From NCBI GenBank assembly GCA_043755075.1, contig JAYUTP010000003.1, positions 1 through 42,765 on the forward strand: a stretch of DNA of 42,765 bases. Direction: 5' to 3'. The position numbers and the translations under genes are program-made. This document shows positions 9,308-21,293 of the stretch, one piece after another. This DNA comes from Candidatus Tenderia sp. (GTDB lineage Bacteria > Pseudomonadota > Gammaproteobacteria > Tenderiales > Tenderiaceae). Each line of letters starts with the position of its first letter. The stretch's first letter is position 1. Below the pieces are notes generated by a model. That model was not told the origin of the DNA. It made no database searches and worked only from the letters and a program-made list of their open reading frames with translations.

Positions 9308-9772
9308 TCAGACTTCCCTCTCCGCACACATCAACTCTGCACTACAGACAACTTTGCTACCCACTCTAGCCTCACAGTCAAATTTCCAGACACCACGCAT
9401 GGTTCTAACCACTTTAACCTCAAGTAACAGTTGATCACCCGGCTCTACCGGCTGTTTGAAACGGGCACCATCAACACCCACAAAGTAATAGAGTGATCGC
9501 GCAGTAGGTTTTGAATTGGTGGTTTTGAATGCCAAAATTCCAGTCGCCTGAGCTAGCGCCTCAAGAATCAGTACCCCCGGCATCACCGGACGATGAGGAA
9601 AGTGACCTTGGAAATAGGGTTCATTGTATGAGACATTTTTGATTGCCGTCAGATATTCACCAACCTTATAGTCGATAACCCGGTCAACCAGCAAAAACGG
9701 ATAACGATGCGGCAGATGTTCCAACACCTCGTAAATATCCATTGTGCTTAACGTATTTTTGACTTCATCCAT
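9308..9772 (-). CDS. fabZ: 3-hydroxyacyl-ACP dehydratase
   Basis: [13 protein letters not shown] and [22 protein letters not shown] motifs. Confidence 0.98.
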   Translation of the reverse strand: MDEVKNTLSTMDIYEVLEHLPHRYPFLLVDRVIDYKVGEYLTAIKNVSYNEPYFQGHFPHRPVMPGVLILEALAQATGILAFKTTNSKPTARSLYYFVGVDGARFKQPVEPGDQLLLEVKVVRTMRGVWKFDCEARVGSKVVCSAELMCAEREV

Positions 9773-9776
9773 AACA

Positions 9777-10811
9777 CTATTCCCGATCAGAATTTATTTT
9801 TATTCCAGCTTTTTCCAGGGCTCGAAGTCGTTGAGCAATATCATTCAATTGTCTGACACGGGCTGCGTTTCTGGTCCACTCCGCCCGCGGTTCTGCTGGA
9901 ATTCCGGAGGAGTAAACCCCGGCAAGGCCAATATTACCAGTCACCAGCGACATAGCGGTAACGTGAACATCATCCGCAATCGTCAAATGGCCAACTATTC
10001 CAACGGCACCGCCAATCTGACAACGTTTACCAATAGTGGTACTTCCAGCAATGGCGGCACACCCGGCAATGGCAGTGTAGGCACCTATATGAACGTTATG
10101 AGCGACCTGAATCTGGTTATCCAGCTTAACCCCCTCTTCAATCACGGTATCCTCAAGGGCGCCGCGATCGATGGTGGTATTGGCACCGATTTCGACATCA
10201 TCACCGATCACCACACTCCCCAGCTGTGGCACCTTGACCCAGCGGCCCGCGTCATTGGCAATACCAAAGCCATCACCACCAATCACAACACCAGGATGAA
10301 TCAACACCTTTGCGCCAATACGTACTCCATGGCAGATCGTAACCCGGGCCGTCAGGCGGCTATTGGCACCGATACTCACATCACGTTCCAACACACATCC
10401 CGGCCCGAGGAACACACCTGGGCCGATACGACTCCCCGCCCCAACATAACAGTGAGCGCCAATGCTGGCGGAGGCGTCAACGTCACACCCCGCTTCAATC
10501 ACAGCCGAGGGATGTACCCCCGCCGCAGACAACTGCTCAGGATTCAACAGACGCGCCGCTTTGGCGTAGGCCAAATAGGGGTTACTGCTGACCAGTGCAT
10601 TCACAGGACAGAGCGCCAAATCCTGAGGGTACAATATTACCGCGCTAGCCTGTGTCGTCTTCAGGTAACTGCGATACTTTGAATTAGCCAGAAACGAGAG
10701 TTCGCCTACACCGGCACTTTGCAACGTACCAACCCCCGTGACCAAACAGTGCGAATCACCATGCAGCTCACATTCGATCTCACCAGCCAACTGTTGCAGG
10801 GTCACTCCCAT
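9777..10811 (-). CDS. lpxD: UDP-3-O-(3-hydroxyacyl)glucosamine N-acyltransferase
   Basis: LSFLAN, DGFG, TIDRGA and [12 protein letters not shown] motifs, with hexapeptide repeats. Confidence 0.98.
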   Translation of the reverse strand: MGVTLQQLAGEIECELHGDSHCLVTGVGTLQSAGVGELSFLANSKYRSYLKTTQASAVILYPQDLALCPVNALVSSNPYLAYAKAARLLNPEQLSAAGVHPSAVIEAGCDVDASASIGAHCYVGAGSRIGPGVFLGPGCVLERDVSIGANSRLTARVTICHGVRIGAKVLIHPGVVIGGDGFGIANDAGRWVKVPQLGSVVIGDDVEIGANTTIDRGALEDTVIEEGVKLDNQIQVAHNVHIGAYTAIAGCAAIAGSTTIGKRCQIGGAVGIVGHLTIADDVHVTAMSLVTGNIGLAGVYSSGIPAEPRAEWTRNAARVRQLNDIAQRLRALEKAGIKINSDRE

Positions 10812-10821
10812 TCGTTAATCT

Positions 10822-11328
10822 TTATTTTGCCTTTAATTTTTTGAGTATCTCGTCAGTCAAATTGACGCGATCACTGGCGTAGGATACGCCATCAAACAAG
10901 ATGAGGTCATATCCGTCATTTTTACCATACTCTTGGATCGCCAGACGCAGAGAGTCCATCACCTTAGCCAGCTCCTCATTGCGACGAATAGTCAGGTCTT
11001 CCTGAAACTCGCTCTGCTTGGTACGCAAATCACGCTGGGCACTGACCAAATCACGCTCTTTCTTCTGCTTATCAGCCGCACTCATAAAGGCACTGTCTTT
11101 GACAAAACGCTCCTCACGATCACGCATCTGCTCCTGCGCCTTCACTATATCGTTCTTGCGTGGCTCAAACTCCTTGGCAAGGCGATCAGATGCTGCCTTA
11201 GCCTGCGGCGCTTCTTGCGACAGGCGAGTCCCATCGACAAAACCGATTTTCAACTCATCTTTAGCAACCGCTCCAAGCGGTAATACCAATCCCGCTGCCA
11301 ACACCATACTCATGACCAGCTTTTTCAA
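10822..11328 (-). CDS. skp: Periplasmic chaperone Skp/OmpH
   Basis: Signal peptide, KIGFVD, coiled coil and YDLIL; located between bamA and lpxD. TTG 11328 has a GAGGAG ribosome-binding site; the ORF extends to 11346. Confidence 0.93.
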   Translation of the reverse strand: MKKLVMSMVLAAGLVLPLGAVAKDELKIGFVDGTRLSQEAPQAKAASDRLAKEFEPRKNDIVKAQEQMRDREERFVKDSAFMSAADKQKKERDLVSAQRDLRTKQSEFQEDLTIRRNEELAKVMDSLRLAIQEYGKNDGYDLILFDGVSYASDRVNLTDEILKKLKAK

Positions 11329-11345
11329 ATCTCTCTCCTCCATCA

Positions 11346-13637
11346 CTAAAAGAATGATCCCAGTGTGAACTGGAATTTTTCGGTTCGATCTCCCGGCTTG
11401 TTATTCAAGGGCTCCGACAGGCTGAATGAGAGCGGCCCCACCGGTGACAACCATATTAGTGACACGCCTACCGATTGCCGCAACTCAGCACTATCGTAGC
11501 TGCCGATGTCAGCAAAAACGTTACCAATATCCCAGAATAAGCTCATGCGTACAGCACTGCTATCCGGTGAAAACGGTGGTGGAAAAACCAACTCTCCCGT
11601 CCCAACCACACGGAAGTTACCCCCTAAGTTTACCGTATTATCCTTAGGGCCCAAGGTATTGGTGCGATAACCACGCACTGAATGGGCTCCACCAGCATAA
11701 TATTTTTCAAAAAACGGTACATCAGTAGTCTGATTGAAACTGTCAGCGTAGGCTAGCTCAGCGTCAAATGAAACCGTCAACTGTTTTGTAAAGGGGTAGA
11801 GCCACTTGGTATTGGATGAAACTTTATAAAAATTAAGCCCGCTGTTAGGGGTGGTTATTTCAACTGACAGCGATTCCATCATGCCATTGGTGGCAAATAC
11901 CGTTTTGTTACGGGTATCGTGGGTCCAGCCGAGCGTCAACTTGGTGATATCAAATTTATCAGAATTGACCGCCAGATAAGCGAGGTAGACCTGCGGTGTT
12001 AGAGAGGTGGTTTTGATCGATGTGGACTCATACCCCAACCCTACTCTGGCGGTATTGTATTCTGACAGTGGGATGCCATAGGTCAACGAGCCACCCCAAA
12101 CATCAGCAATATAATTGGCCAGATTGGCCTGGGAGGCATCCGTCTGGCGATAAGAGAGCCGCATACTCTGGCTCACACCATCAAGGGTGAAATAGGGGTC
12201 AGTATGGGAGAAACTGTAAACCGTATTGACCTTGCTGGAGTTGATTTCGGTACTAACACGTTTGCCCGTGCCAAGGAAATTTTCCTGACTGACACTGGCA
12301 TTAAACAGCATGCCATCGCCACCCGAATAACCTACACCAACCATCAATGAACCTGACGGTTTCTCATTCAGCGATAGATTCACATCAACCTGATCATCGG
12401 TACCAACAACCGTGGGAGTCTCAATAGTCACCTGATCCATATAACTGAGTCGCTGAATACGGATACGGGAACGGTTGAGCTTACTAGTCGAAAGCCAACC
12501 GCCTTCCATCTGCCGGAATTCACGGCGCACCACTTCATCTTCGGTTTTCTGGTTGCCACTGATATTGATGTGACGTACATAGACCCGCTTACCTGGATCA
12601 ACAAAGAAGGTCAACGCCACCTCTTTACTCACCTCATCGATCTCTGGCACAGCATTAACATTAGCAAAGGCATACCCCTCCTCGCCCAGACGTTCAGTGA
12701 TAACCGTAGTGGTATCGGTAACCACTCGCCGCGAGAAAATGTCGCCCGATTGCAGAGTAATAAGCTTGCGCAGCTCCGCCTCCCCTACAATCAAATCACC
12801 AGAGAGTCCCACTTCACGCACCTTAAACTGCTCACCTTCACGAAGGTTGATGGTAATAAAAACCGAATTTTTGTCTGGTGTAATCGATACCTGGGAAGAG
12901 TCGATAGCAAAATTGATGTAACCCCGGTCAAGATAGTATGAGCGCAATGTTTCTAGATCCGCCCCCAGCTTCTGCTTGGAATACTGATCCCTATTACTAA
13001 AAAGCGCATAAAAAGGTGGTATGCCCAGCTCAAACTTACCGAGCAAATCGGTTTCATCAAACTGTTTATTTCCTATGAGGTTGATCTGCTTAATGGTGGC
13101 CACATCACCTTCACGAATGCCAATCTTCAGATTGACGCGATTATCTTCCAGCGGTGTCACAGTTGTTTCAACTTCAACGGCGTAGTAACCACGGACGAAG
13201 TATTGACGTTGCAGATCGAGTTTTATTTTGTCCAGCAGCGAGCGATCAAGGATCTTCCCTTCGGACAATCCCGCCGTCTTCAGGCCGGTCTTTAGATCCT
13301 CTGTCGAAAGCTCGTGATTGCCGTCCAAAGTGATAGCGGCGATAGAGGGGCGCTCTTCCACCTTAATAATCAGTGTCTCACCGTCGTTATAGAGATCAAT
13401 GTTGTTGAAAAAACCAGTTTTGTAGAGTGCCGCCAAGGCCTGCTGCGATTTAAAATCATCAAAATTGTCACCTATCTGCAGTGGCAGGTAGTTAAAAACG
13501 GTCCCTTTGCTGATGCGTTGAACGCCCTCCACCTCAATATTTTTGATGGTAAATGGTTCAAAAGCCCACGTAAGTGGACTAAATAACACAACGAACAGAG
13601 TAATCCAGTATCGGTTAGGTCGCTTCATAATCTTCAC
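11346..13637 (-). CDS. bamA: Outer-membrane protein assembly factor BamA
   Basis: POTRA repeats, VRGY loop motif and C-terminal FQFTLGSFF. Start is GTG 13637 or ATG 13628. Confidence 0.98.
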   Translation of the reverse strand: MKIMKRPNRYWITLFVVLFSPLTWAFEPFTIKNIEVEGVQRISKGTVFNYLPLQIGDNFDDFKSQQALAALYKTGFFNNIDLYNDGETLIIKVEERPSIAAITLDGNHELSTEDLKTGLKTAGLSEGKILDRSLLDKIKLDLQRQYFVRGYYAVEVETTVTPLEDNRVNLKIGIREGDVATIKQINLIGNKQFDETDLLGKFELGIPPFYALFSNRDQYSKQKLGADLETLRSYYLDRGYINFAIDSSQVSITPDKNSVFITINLREGEQFKVREVGLSGDLIVGEAELRKLITLQSGDIFSRRVVTDTTTVITERLGEEGYAFANVNAVPEIDEVSKEVALTFFVDPGKRVYVRHINISGNQKTEDEVVRREFRQMEGGWLSTSKLNRSRIRIQRLSYMDQVTIETPTVVGTDDQVDVNLSLNEKPSGSLMVGVGYSGGDGMLFNASVSQENFLGTGKRVSTEINSSKVNTVYSFSHTDPYFTLDGVSQSMRLSYRQTDASQANLANYIADVWGGSLTYGIPLSEYNTARVGLGYESTSIKTTSLTPQVYLAYLAVNSDKFDITKLTLGWTHDTRNKTVFATNGMMESLSVEITTPNSGLNFYKVSSNTKWLYPFTKQLTVSFDAELAYADSFNQTTDVPFFEKYYAGGAHSVRGYRTNTLGPKDNTVNLGGNFRVVGTGELVFPPPFSPDSSAVRMSLFWDIGNVFADIGSYDSAELRQSVGVSLIWLSPVGPLSFSLSEPLNNKPGDRTEKFQFTLGSFF

Positions 13638-13643
13638 GACCTT

Positions 13644-15011
13644 TTATTTAACAAGCAGACGTAGAATGTCGTTGTAGAACGCCACCACCATCATTCCTAA
13701 CAGCATGGCAATACCTATCTTTTGTCCAAAAATCTGTGCTTTTTCCGACACCGGGCTCCCCTTCACCATCTCGATCAGATAATACATTAAGTGTCCGCCA
13801 TCGAGCATTGGAATTGGCAACAGATTCAACACTCCAAGGCTGATACTGATAATCGCAAGAAACGACAAAAAGGAGATATAACCGATGCTCGCCGAATAAC
13901 CGGCATATTTTGCAATACTGATAGGGCCGCTTAGATTTGAGAGCGCGACATCACCAGCCACCATTTTGCCTAGCATGTTCAGCGTCAGCGCCGACATATC
14001 CCATGTTTTAATTGTCGCCATCCATACTGAGTCAAGCGGCCCGTATTTTACGGTGGCCAGCAAATCCTGCTGTAACTGCTGCAACTCTACGCCGGCGCCT
14101 ATCTTACCGATATCACCCTCCTTAGTGACGAGCAGTGACGGTGTTAACGAAAGCGCCAACTGCACGCCATGACGTTCCACAACAATCGAGATCGGCTGTG
14201 CGGGATGAGCACGCACATAATCTACCCATGCCTCCCAGTCCGTCACTGGCTGGCCATCAGCCAGAACGATGCGATCACCCACCTCAATGCCAGCCTTATC
14301 CGCTGCATCACCGGGCGAAACTTGGCCAATTACCGCAGGGATCACGGGGCGATAGGGACGCATACCGAGGTAGTCAAGAAGTCCACCGCGATTAAGATCG
14401 TCAGGGATAGTGGCAAAAGAGAAGTAGCGCTCGACTTCACTCTGAGTTTCAACCTGCTTTACCTTAAGCACAATCTCGCCAGAGTCGAGCGACTCTTCGA
14501 GCATGCCCACCACGGCAGTCTCCCATGTCAGTGTGCGTTTGCCCGCCACTTCAACGATCTCATCACCGTGCATCAACCCGGCCTGCGCGGCAATAGAATC
14601 AGGTGTCACCTCACCAATGATTGGTTTCATACCAACAGTGCCAATGACAAATATCAGCCAGTACGCAGCAATGGCCAGAATAAAGTTAAAAACAGGCCCC
14701 GCCAGCACGATGGCAAAACGTTTTGCCAGTGATTGGCGGTTAAAGGCGCGATGCGCCTCTTCAGGGGCTACATCCCCATCACGCTCATCGAGCATACGAA
14801 CATAACCACCCAATGGAACCGCGGCAATCGCAAACTCGGTGTTGTCAGAACCGACACGTTTCATCCACAGCGGCTTGCCAAAACCGACGGAGAAGCGCAA
14901 CACCTTTACCCCGACTTTGCGCGCCACCCAATAGTGCCCAAACTCGTGCACTGTGACCAGAACGCCCAAGGCCAAGACAAAGAAAAATATCGATGATAAT
15001 ACCGTTGTCAT
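13644..15011 (-). CDS. rseP: RIP metalloprotease RseP
   Basis: HEFGH, two PDZ domains and NLLPIPMLDGGH. The ORF extends to TTG 15029. Confidence 0.97.
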   Translation of the reverse strand: MTTVLSSIFFFVLALGVLVTVHEFGHYWVARKVGVKVLRFSVGFGKPLWMKRVGSDNTEFAIAAVPLGGYVRMLDERDGDVAPEEAHRAFNRQSLAKRFAIVLAGPVFNFILAIAAYWLIFVIGTVGMKPIIGEVTPDSIAAQAGLMHGDEIVEVAGKRTLTWETAVVGMLEESLDSGEIVLKVKQVETQSEVERYFSFATIPDDLNRGGLLDYLGMRPYRPVIPAVIGQVSPGDAADKAGIEVGDRIVLADGQPVTDWEAWVDYVRAHPAQPISIVVERHGVQLALSLTPSLLVTKEGDIGKIGAGVELQQLQQDLLATVKYGPLDSVWMATIKTWDMSALTLNMLGKMVAGDVALSNLSGPISIAKYAGYSASIGYISFLSFLAIISISLGVLNLLPIPMLDGGHLMYYLIEMVKGSPVSEKAQIFGQKIGIAMLLGMMVVAFYNDILRLLVK

Positions 15012-15025
15012 ACTACCTAACCAGT

Positions 15026-16195
15026 TCAATGGATCAAATGCCCAGCGTACAAACGGGCTTCATGATCAGCCTCCAGCACCCGGTCAAGACTATCTGCCGC
15101 CATCGACGTCACACCCTTTAAAGTCTGCTCCACAACACCTGCGATAGTGGTAAAGCGCAGCTGGCCATTAAAAAACGCCGCCACCGCCACCTCATTGGCA
15201 GCGTTGAGAATCGCTGTGGCAGTACCACCCGCTGCCAATGCCTCGTAGGCAAGACGCAAACAGGGAAAACGGTTGAAATCGGGCTCCTCAAAATCAAGGC
15301 GCGCCACCTTGAAGAGATTAAGCCGCTGCACACCCGCATCAATGCGCCGGGGCCATGCCAGAGCATTAGCGATCGGCGTGCGCATGTCAGGGCTACCGAG
15401 CTGTGCCAGCACCGAGCCATCGACATACTCCACCATCGAGTGAATCACGCTCTGCGGGTGTATGACCACTTGAATCTGCTCCGGTTCAACATTGAAGAGC
15501 CAACACGCCTCAATCACCTCCAGTCCCTTGTTCATCATAGTGGCTGAGTCGACTGAGATCTTGCGTCCCATCTCCCAATTGGGGTGGGCACACGCCTCGG
15601 CGGGAGTGACATCTGCCAGTTGCTCGATGGAACGGGTGCGGAACGGCCCACCCGAAGCAGTCAGCAGAATCTGGCGAATTCCGGCCTGCTCAAGATTGCC
15701 GCTGTAATTGGCTGGCAGGCACTGAAAAATCGCATTGTGTTCACTGTCGACAGGCAGTAACACCGCATTATTTTTATGGACCTCTGCCATGAAGAGGGGG
15801 CCGGACATCACCAGCGCCTCTTTATTGGCCAGCAGGATACGTTTGCCCGCGCTCGCTGCCGCCAGGGTCGGTAACAGGCCGGCCGCACCAACAATAGCAG
15901 CCATCACACACTCAACCTCGGGCAGGGTAGCCACCGTGATCAGACCATCAACACCAGAAAGTACTTGGGTTTCACTGCCAGAAGCGCGCAAAGTTTTTTC
16001 CAGCCGTTCTGCCGACGGCTCATCAACCATCACGGCATAACACGGATTAAAACGCTGGCACTGCTCAATCATCTTGGCAACATCACGATTGGCGGTTAAC
16101 GCTACCACTTGGTAAGCGCCGGGATGACGAGAAATTACATCCAACGTGCTAACACCGATTGAGCCGGTCGAGCCCAATATCGTTACACCAATCAT
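15026..16195 (-). CDS. dxr: 1-deoxy-D-xylulose-5-phosphate reductoisomerase
   Basis: [22 protein letters not shown] and [23 protein letters not shown] motifs. Confidence 0.99.
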   Translation of the reverse strand: MIGVTILGSTGSIGVSTLDVISRHPGAYQVVALTANRDVAKMIEQCQRFNPCYAVMVDEPSAERLEKTLRASGSETQVLSGVDGLITVATLPEVECVMAAIVGAAGLLPTLAAASAGKRILLANKEALVMSGPLFMAEVHKNNAVLLPVDSEHNAIFQCLPANYSGNLEQAGIRQILLTASGGPFRTRSIEQLADVTPAEACAHPNWEMGRKISVDSATMMNKGLEVIEACWLFNVEPEQIQVVIHPQSVIHSMVEYVDGSVLAQLGSPDMRTPIANALAWPRRIDAGVQRLNLFKVARLDFEEPDFNRFPCLRLAYEALAAGGTATAILNAANEVAVAAFFNGQLRFTTIAGVVEQTLKGVTSMAADSLDRVLEADHEARLYAGHLIH

Positions 16196-17022
16196 TTAAT
16201 ACCACCAAACAGAATCAAACCAAGAGTGAAGATGGGAGCCGCAGTAGTCAGGCTGTCAATACGATCAAGCACACCACCATGCCCTGGCAGCAATTGGCCA
16301 CTATCCTTAACACCAACACGACGCTTAAAAAGGCTCTCAAAAAGATCACCTATGACAGAGAAGACCACTACCACAAAGCAGAGCGGGATAAACCAGAAAG
16401 CGCTCGACACGGGTATCTCAAAAAAAACCATGCCAACCACCGCGATCAGCGCTGAGGTTGCCATACCTCCCACCACGCCTTCAACCGATTTGCCAGGACT
16501 GACATGCGGCGCAAGTTTGCGCTTACCCCATTTACGTCCCACAAAGTAGGCACCGCTGTCGGCTCCCCAGATCAGCACCATCAGGAATAACACCCATGCT
16601 GGCCCCTGTTGCGAATAACCGTGAAGGTGGGTAAGCGCCAACCAAGTAGGCACCAACACCAATAAGCCTATCGCGGCACCAGAAAGTTGATCCGCACAAC
16701 TCAACCCGCTACCGCCACGGTAACGGAACACCATGATTGTTCCAACCAGCCACCAGAGGGCTGTCAGCAGCAAAATAGTGGTGATGGCTGACTCGGCGCT
16801 AGCCACATACTGCTGCGCCAACCAGAGCACCACAGCAATCAACAACGTATAGCCAACTCGCGTGCTAGGCGCAGTCAAACCAATCAGCCGCGCCCACTCC
16901 CAACCACCGATCAGTACAAACAGTGCCAAAACCCAGCCAATCACCGAGGTAGATTGTGATAACAACCCCCAAACGACCAGCGGGATAAGAGTGGCAGCAG
17001 TCATAAGACGTTGTTTAAGCAC
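16192..17022 (-). CDS. cdsA: Phosphatidate cytidylyltransferase
   Basis: SPGKSVEG and [32 protein letters not shown] motifs. Probable start is GTG 17022 (VLKQR), overlapping uppS. Confidence 0.96.
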   Translation of the reverse strand: MLKQRLMTAATLIPLVVWGLLSQSTSVIGWVLALFVLIGGWEWARLIGLTAPSTRVGYTLLIAVVLWLAQQYVASAESAITTILLLTALWWLVGTIMVFRYRGGSGLSCADQLSGAAIGLLVLVPTWLALTHLHGYSQQGPAWVLFLMVLIWGADSGAYFVGRKWGKRKLAPHVSPGKSVEGVVGGMATSALIAVVGMVFFEIPVSSAFWFIPLCFVVVVFSVIGDLFESLFKRRVGVKDSGQLLPGHGGVLDRIDSLTTAAPIFTLGLILFGGIK

Positions 17023-17776
17023 GCTTGTTCTGCTCCACCTGGTCTCCGGTACGGCCAAAACGACGCTGTCTGCCAGTAAATGAGTTAAGCGCCAAGTCAA
17101 ACTCATCTTGAGTGAAATCAGGCCAGAGAGTATCAGTGAAGTAGAGTTCGCTATAGGCCAGCTGCCACAACAGGAAATTACTGATGCGCTGTTCACCACC
17201 CGTGCGGATAAAGAGATCAGGTTCTGGCAGTGCCGCCAGCGCCATGTGCTCACCCAACAGCGCCTCATCAATAGCATCAGGCTCTATAAGACCGGCCTTT
17301 ACCTTTTCTGCCAACTGGCGCACCGCATTGGTGATATCCCAGCGACCACCGTAATTGGCCGCCACTGAAAGCACTAAGCCCGTGTTGCTAGCAGTCAACG
17401 CCTCGGCATTGGCAATTTCTTGCTGTAGTTTTTCAGAAAAGCGGTCACGATCACCGATCACCTGCAGACGCACGTTACTTTGATTGAGTTTTTTAGTTTC
17501 GCGTTGAAGAGCCACCATAAACAGATCCATCAGCAGCCCCACTTCACTCTCAGGGCGACGCCAATTTTCACTGCTGAACGCAAACAAGGTTAGTGCACCA
17601 ACACCCACCTCACCGCAACGCTGCACGATCGATCGCACAGAATCAACCCCGGCACGATGGCCAGCAATACGCGGCATAAGACGCTTTTTCGCCCAACGAC
17701 CATTACCGTCCATAATAATGGCGACATGTCGGGGGACATCTCCGTGATATTCCTCTTTAAGACTCTCTTCGGCCAT
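17015..17776 (-). CDS. uppS: Undecaprenyl diphosphate synthase
   Basis: [24 protein letters not shown] and [15 protein letters not shown] motifs. Confidence 0.98.
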   Translation of the reverse strand: MAEESLKEEYHGDVPRHVAIIMDGNGRWAKKRLMPRIAGHRAGVDSVRSIVQRCGEVGVGALTLFAFSSENWRRPESEVGLLMDLFMVALQRETKKLNQSNVRLQVIGDRDRFSEKLQQEIANAEALTASNTGLVLSVAANYGGRWDITNAVRQLAEKVKAGLIEPDAIDEALLGEHMALAALPEPDLFIRTGGEQRISNFLLWQLAYSELYFTDTLWPDFTQDEFDLALNSFTGRQRRFGRTGDQVEQNKRA

Positions 17777-17864
17777 TATTGTCTGTTTTATTTATGAGTG
17801 GGGCTTAAGCCGGGCCTAGAATTTCGAAGGGGCGCGCACACCCCCCCTTCACTACTACATTATT

Positions 17865-18422
17865 TTAGATGTCCATCAGATCTTTTTCTTTTGCTGCCAG
17901 GGTTTGGTCCGCTTCAGCAATATAGTTATCGGTCAGCTTTTGGATGCTATCTTCAGCCTGGCGACACTCATCTTCCGTAATCTTTTTATCCTTCAGCAGT
18001 GACTTAAGTTCACCGTTAATATCACGACGGATATTGCGGATCGCCACCTTAGCGCCTTCAGCCTCAGCACGCACAATCTTAATCATGCCCTTGCGCCGCT
18101 CTTCTGTGAGCGCTGGCAGCGGCACGCGAATGACCGGGCCGGAGGTCACGGGGTTCAAACCAAGCCCCGCGCTCATGATGGCTTTTTCAATCAGCGGAAT
18201 CAGTGCTTTTTCCCAAGGTTGAACCGACAGGGTTCTGGCATCAGAGACTGAAACCGTCGCCGCCTGGGACAGCGGCACTTCGTTCCCATAGTAATCGACC
18301 TTGACGTGGTCGAGCAGACTGGTATGGGCACGCCCAGTCCTGATTTTGGACATCTCGTCCTTTAGAGTATCGATGCTCTTGCCCATGCGCTTGGTTGCAT
18401 CTTTATTGAGATCTTCGATCAT
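17865..18422 (-). CDS. frr: Ribosome recycling factor
   Basis: [15 protein letters not shown] and VAIRNIRRD motifs. Confidence 0.98.
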   Translation of the reverse strand: MIEDLNKDATKRMGKSIDTLKDEMSKIRTGRAHTSLLDHVKVDYYGNEVPLSQAATVSVSDARTLSVQPWEKALIPLIEKAIMSAGLGLNPVTSGPVIRVPLPALTEERRKGMIKIVRAEAEGAKVAIRNIRRDINGELKSLLKDKKITEDECRQAEDSIQKLTDNYIAEADQTLAAKEKDLMDI

Positions 18423-19159
18423 GCCTCGGCTCCCTTGCTAACAAATGATCCTTCCTTACCACCCATGATGGCATTCATGAGGGCACCTGATTTATTGATA
18501 TCCAACACACACAGCGGCATATCCTGATCGCGACATAAAACAATTGCTGTGGCGTCCATAACCATCAGACGTTGATCCAACACTTCGTCATAGGTCAAGC
18601 TATCGTAACGCTTGGCGTTAGGATCTTTTTTAGGATCCGCAGTGTAAACACCATCCACCTTGGTTGCCTTAATCAGTAAATCAGCACCGATCTCGATAGC
18701 TCGCAGACTGGCGGCAGAGTCGGTAGTAAAGAACGGATTGCCAGTGCCCGCAGCAAAAATAACCACGCGCCCCTTTTCAAGATGACGCACTGCACGACGG
18801 CGGATGTAATCTTCGCAGATCTGACTGATTTTAATAGCTGACATAACCCGAGCAAACATACCGTGATGTTCCAGGGCATCCTGCATCGCTAGGGAGTTCA
18901 TCACTGTCGCCAGCATTCCCATGTGGTCGCCAGTAACTCGCTCCATACCCGCCTCAGCAAGACCGGCACCGCGAAAAAGGTTACCGCCGCCAATCACCAT
19001 GCCAACTTCAACACCGATGTCGATCAGCTCTTTAACCTCGACCGCAATGCGGTCAATGGTACGAGGGTCAATACCAAACTGCCCCTCGCCCATCAGCGCT
19101 TCGCCACTCAGTTTAAGCAATACACGCTTATATGCAGGTTTAGCGTCGCTACTATTCAC
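18419..19159 (-). CDS. pyrH: UMP kinase
   Basis: [19 protein letters not shown] and [13 protein letters not shown] motifs. Confidence 0.99.
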   Translation of the reverse strand: MNSSDAKPAYKRVLLKLSGEALMGEGQFGIDPRTIDRIAVEVKELIDIGVEVGMVIGGGNLFRGAGLAEAGMERVTGDHMGMLATVMNSLAMQDALEHHGMFARVMSAIKISQICEDYIRRRAVRHLEKGRVVIFAAGTGNPFFTTDSAASLRAIEIGADLLIKATKVDGVYTADPKKDPNAKRYDSLTYDEVLDQRLMVMDATAIVLCRDQDMPLCVLDINKSGALMNAIMGGKEGSFVSKGAEA

Positions 19160-19162
19160 AGG

Positions 19163-20047
19163 TTATGCCCCTTTCGCTTGGGCCATTACTTCGGCAACGA
19201 AGTCTTCCTCTTTCTTCTCGATGCCTTCACCCGCTTCAATGCGTTCAAAAGCAATCACTTTAGCGCCCCTGGAAGCAAGCAGCTTCTCAACGGTGGTATC
19301 GGGATCCTTAACAAAAGGCTGGCCCAGCAGGGTGATCTCCTTTAGGAACTTAGCGATACGACCGTCAACCATCTTCGCAATGATCTCAGCCGGTTTGCCA
19401 CTTTCAGCGGCCTGGGCTGTAAAAATATCGCGCTCTTTTGCAATCTCTTCCGCAGGAACCTGCTCGGAGCTAATGCAGATTGGCTTGCTGGCAGCAATGT
19501 GCATGGCAATATCGCGGGCTAGCTCTTCATCACCACCTTCCAACCCTACTAATACACCGATACGAGTGCCGTGCATGTAAACACCAACTACATCGCTAGA
19601 CACAATACGACACATGCGGCGCACAGAGATCTTCTCACCAATCTTGGCGATCAGTGCTCTAGTGCTATCTTCCACTTTCACATCAGAACCTTTGGTAATC
19701 GGGGTAACCAGTAGGGCCTCACCCGTGTTAACACCACTTTCGAGGGCGCACTTTGCCACTGCTTCAGAAAAATCTTTGAACGCATCGCCCTTGGCGACAA
19801 AATCCGTCTCACAATTAACCTCAACCAAAACAGCCTGCTTACCATCAGCGCTGCGTACAGCAACAATGGCACCTTCAGCGGCGACACGGTCAGCTTTTTT
19901 GTCGGCCTTGGCCAGGCCTGTTTTACGCATCAATTCAACTGCTGCTTCGATGTCACCATTGGTTTCGACCAATGATCTTTTGCACTCCATCATGCCGGAG
20001 CCGGTACGCTCACGCAGTTTTTTTACCAGGGCTGCTGAAATTTCCAT
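19163..20047 (-). CDS. tsf: Elongation factor Ts
   Basis: [16 protein letters not shown] and [10 protein letters not shown] motifs. Start trimmed to ATG 20047. Confidence 0.98.
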   Translation of the reverse strand: MEISAALVKKLRERTGSGMMECKRSLVETNGDIEAAVELMRKTGLAKADKKADRVAAEGAIVAVRSADGKQAVLVEVNCETDFVAKGDAFKDFSEAVAKCALESGVNTGEALLVTPITKGSDVKVEDSTRALIAKIGEKISVRRMCRIVSSDVVGVYMHGTRIGVLVGLEGGDEELARDIAMHIAASKPICISSEQVPAEEIAKERDIFTAQAAESGKPAEIIAKMVDGRIAKFLKEITLLGQPFVKDPDTTVEKLLASRGAKVIAFERIEAGEGIEKKEEDFVAEVMAQAKGA

Positions 20048-20086
20048 CGACTCAACCTCACTTAAAATTCGTTTATAAATCTGTTG

Positions 20087-20128
20087 ATAAAACGAGCCGC
20101 CCGCACTGATAAAACAGGGGGGCGGCTC
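20087..20128 (-). terminator. Terminator/attenuator hairpin between rpsB and tsf
   Basis: 9-bp stem GAGCCGCCC (20094-20102)/GGGCGGCTC (20120-20128), followed on the minus strand by GTTTTAT. Confidence 0.6.
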
Positions 20129-20146
20129 ATGCACTCAGTCTTGCAA

Positions 20147-20947
20147 CTATGCCGGTGCGTCGCCAACAGCAGGCTCAATCGCTTTTTTTGGCTTTTTGAC
20201 AGTCGCTTTTACCTTCGACTCATCATCAACTTCCACAAAATCCTCCACACTGCCGCCAGTGACGACAGAGGCACGGGCAGTGATAATTGATTCAGAAACG
20301 CCACGGGCATACAGGGATATCGCACGGGCTGAGTCGTCATTGCCAGGAATGATGTAATCAACAATACGCGGGTCATTATTAGTATCAACAACACCAACAA
20401 CCTTGATACCTAGTGTTTTGGCTTCCTGAATGGCAATCTTTTCGTGACCAACATCAACCAGAAAGATGGCATCAGGCAGGGTTTCCATGTTCTTGATACC
20501 ACCGATGCTGCGCTCCAGCTTGGCCATTTCGCGGCTCAGGGTCAGCTGCTCTTTCTTGTTAAAGCGAGCCATGCTGCCGTCAGCTTCCATTGCTTCCAGC
20601 TCTTTCAAGCGCTTGATGGACTGTTTGATGGTCTTGAAATTGGTGAGCATGCCACCCAACCAGCGATGATTGACGTAAGGCATGTCGCAGCGGGCAGCCT
20701 CTTCGCGAATGATATCCTGGGCAGAGCGCTTGGTACCCACAAACAGCACCTTGCCACGCTTGGCCGCAACGCTACCAAGGAAGTTCATGGCGTCGTTGAA
20801 CATTGGCAGGGTTTTTTCAAGATTGATGATGTGGATACGGTTACGATCACCAAAGATATATGGCCCCATCTTGGGATTCCAATAACGGGTCTGGTGACCA
20901 AAGTGAACACCCGCTTCCAACATTTGACGCATAGTTACGGTAGACAT
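20147..20947 (-). CDS. rpsB: 30S ribosomal protein S2
   Basis: [22 protein letters not shown] and [10 protein letters not shown] motifs. Start trimmed to ATG 20947. Confidence 0.99.
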   Translation of the reverse strand: MSTVTMRQMLEAGVHFGHQTRYWNPKMGPYIFGDRNRIHIINLEKTLPMFNDAMNFLGSVAAKRGKVLFVGTKRSAQDIIREEAARCDMPYVNHRWLGGMLTNFKTIKQSIKRLKELEAMEADGSMARFNKKEQLTLSREMAKLERSIGGIKNMETLPDAIFLVDVGHEKIAIQEAKTLGIKVVGVVDTNNDPRIVDYIIPGNDDSARAISLYARGVSESIITARASVVTGGSVEDFVEVDDESKVKATVKKPKKAIEPAVGDAPA

Positions 20948-20965
20948 TAAAAAACTCCAAATTGT

Positions 20966-21048
20966 ATGGGTTAATCCTCCACACATCCCAACTGCCAACC
21001 CGTCGGTAAAACCGCAGGGCACCCAGGCAACTGTGCCGATGTGTGTGC
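20966..21048 (-). ncRNA. rpsB leader (t44 / S2 autogenous regulatory RNA)
   Basis: Minus strand reads ACACACATCGGCACA...GGGTGCC...TGGGATGTGTGGAGGATTAACCC directly upstream of rpsB, the conserved gammaproteobacterial t44 pattern. Confidence 0.85.
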
Positions 21049-21098
21049 GAATTTGCCGACTTGCCTCGGCACCTGAAAAACCAGCAATAACCGCTGGT

Positions 21099-21116
21099 TG
21101 GCGCGCTTTATACCAT
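21099..21116 (-). promoter_or_regulatory. rpsB promoter: extended -10 with GC-rich discriminator
   Basis: Minus strand reads ATGGTATAAAGCGCGCCA, matching the conserved rpsB promoter TGGTATAAAGCGCGCC. Confidence 0.8.
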
Positions 21117-21293
21117 ATTATCCACAGTGACTCAATCTTTTGGACTAGATTCAACCTCGCGGATTTTGGAAAAAAGCGAGGGCTGACAATGAGATGCAAA
21201 CAAGATACTATTCTAGTCTATTATTCCGGCCCACGGGTCCGGCTGTTGTGGCAACCACGCCCGTAGCGACCATTTCAAGAACAAAACCCACCC

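Noticed and set aside
9744-10682. 312-aa plus-strand ORF and the many other antisense or overlapping ORFs in the track
   Set aside because: They shadow well-identified genes (here lpxD) and show no recognisable motifs.
17826-17850. GAAGGGG/CCCCTTC hairpin between frr and uppS as a regulatory RNA
   Set aside because: A 7-bp stem with no U tract or other conserved feature, best read as an ordinary intergenic hairpin.
20948-21199. 84-aa N-terminal extension of RpsB, and similar extensions on Tsf, CdsA, LpxB and LpxA
   Set aside because: Artefacts of longest-ORF calling. The rpsB extension runs through the t44 leader and promoter, and the others cover intergenic hairpins or the upstream gene.
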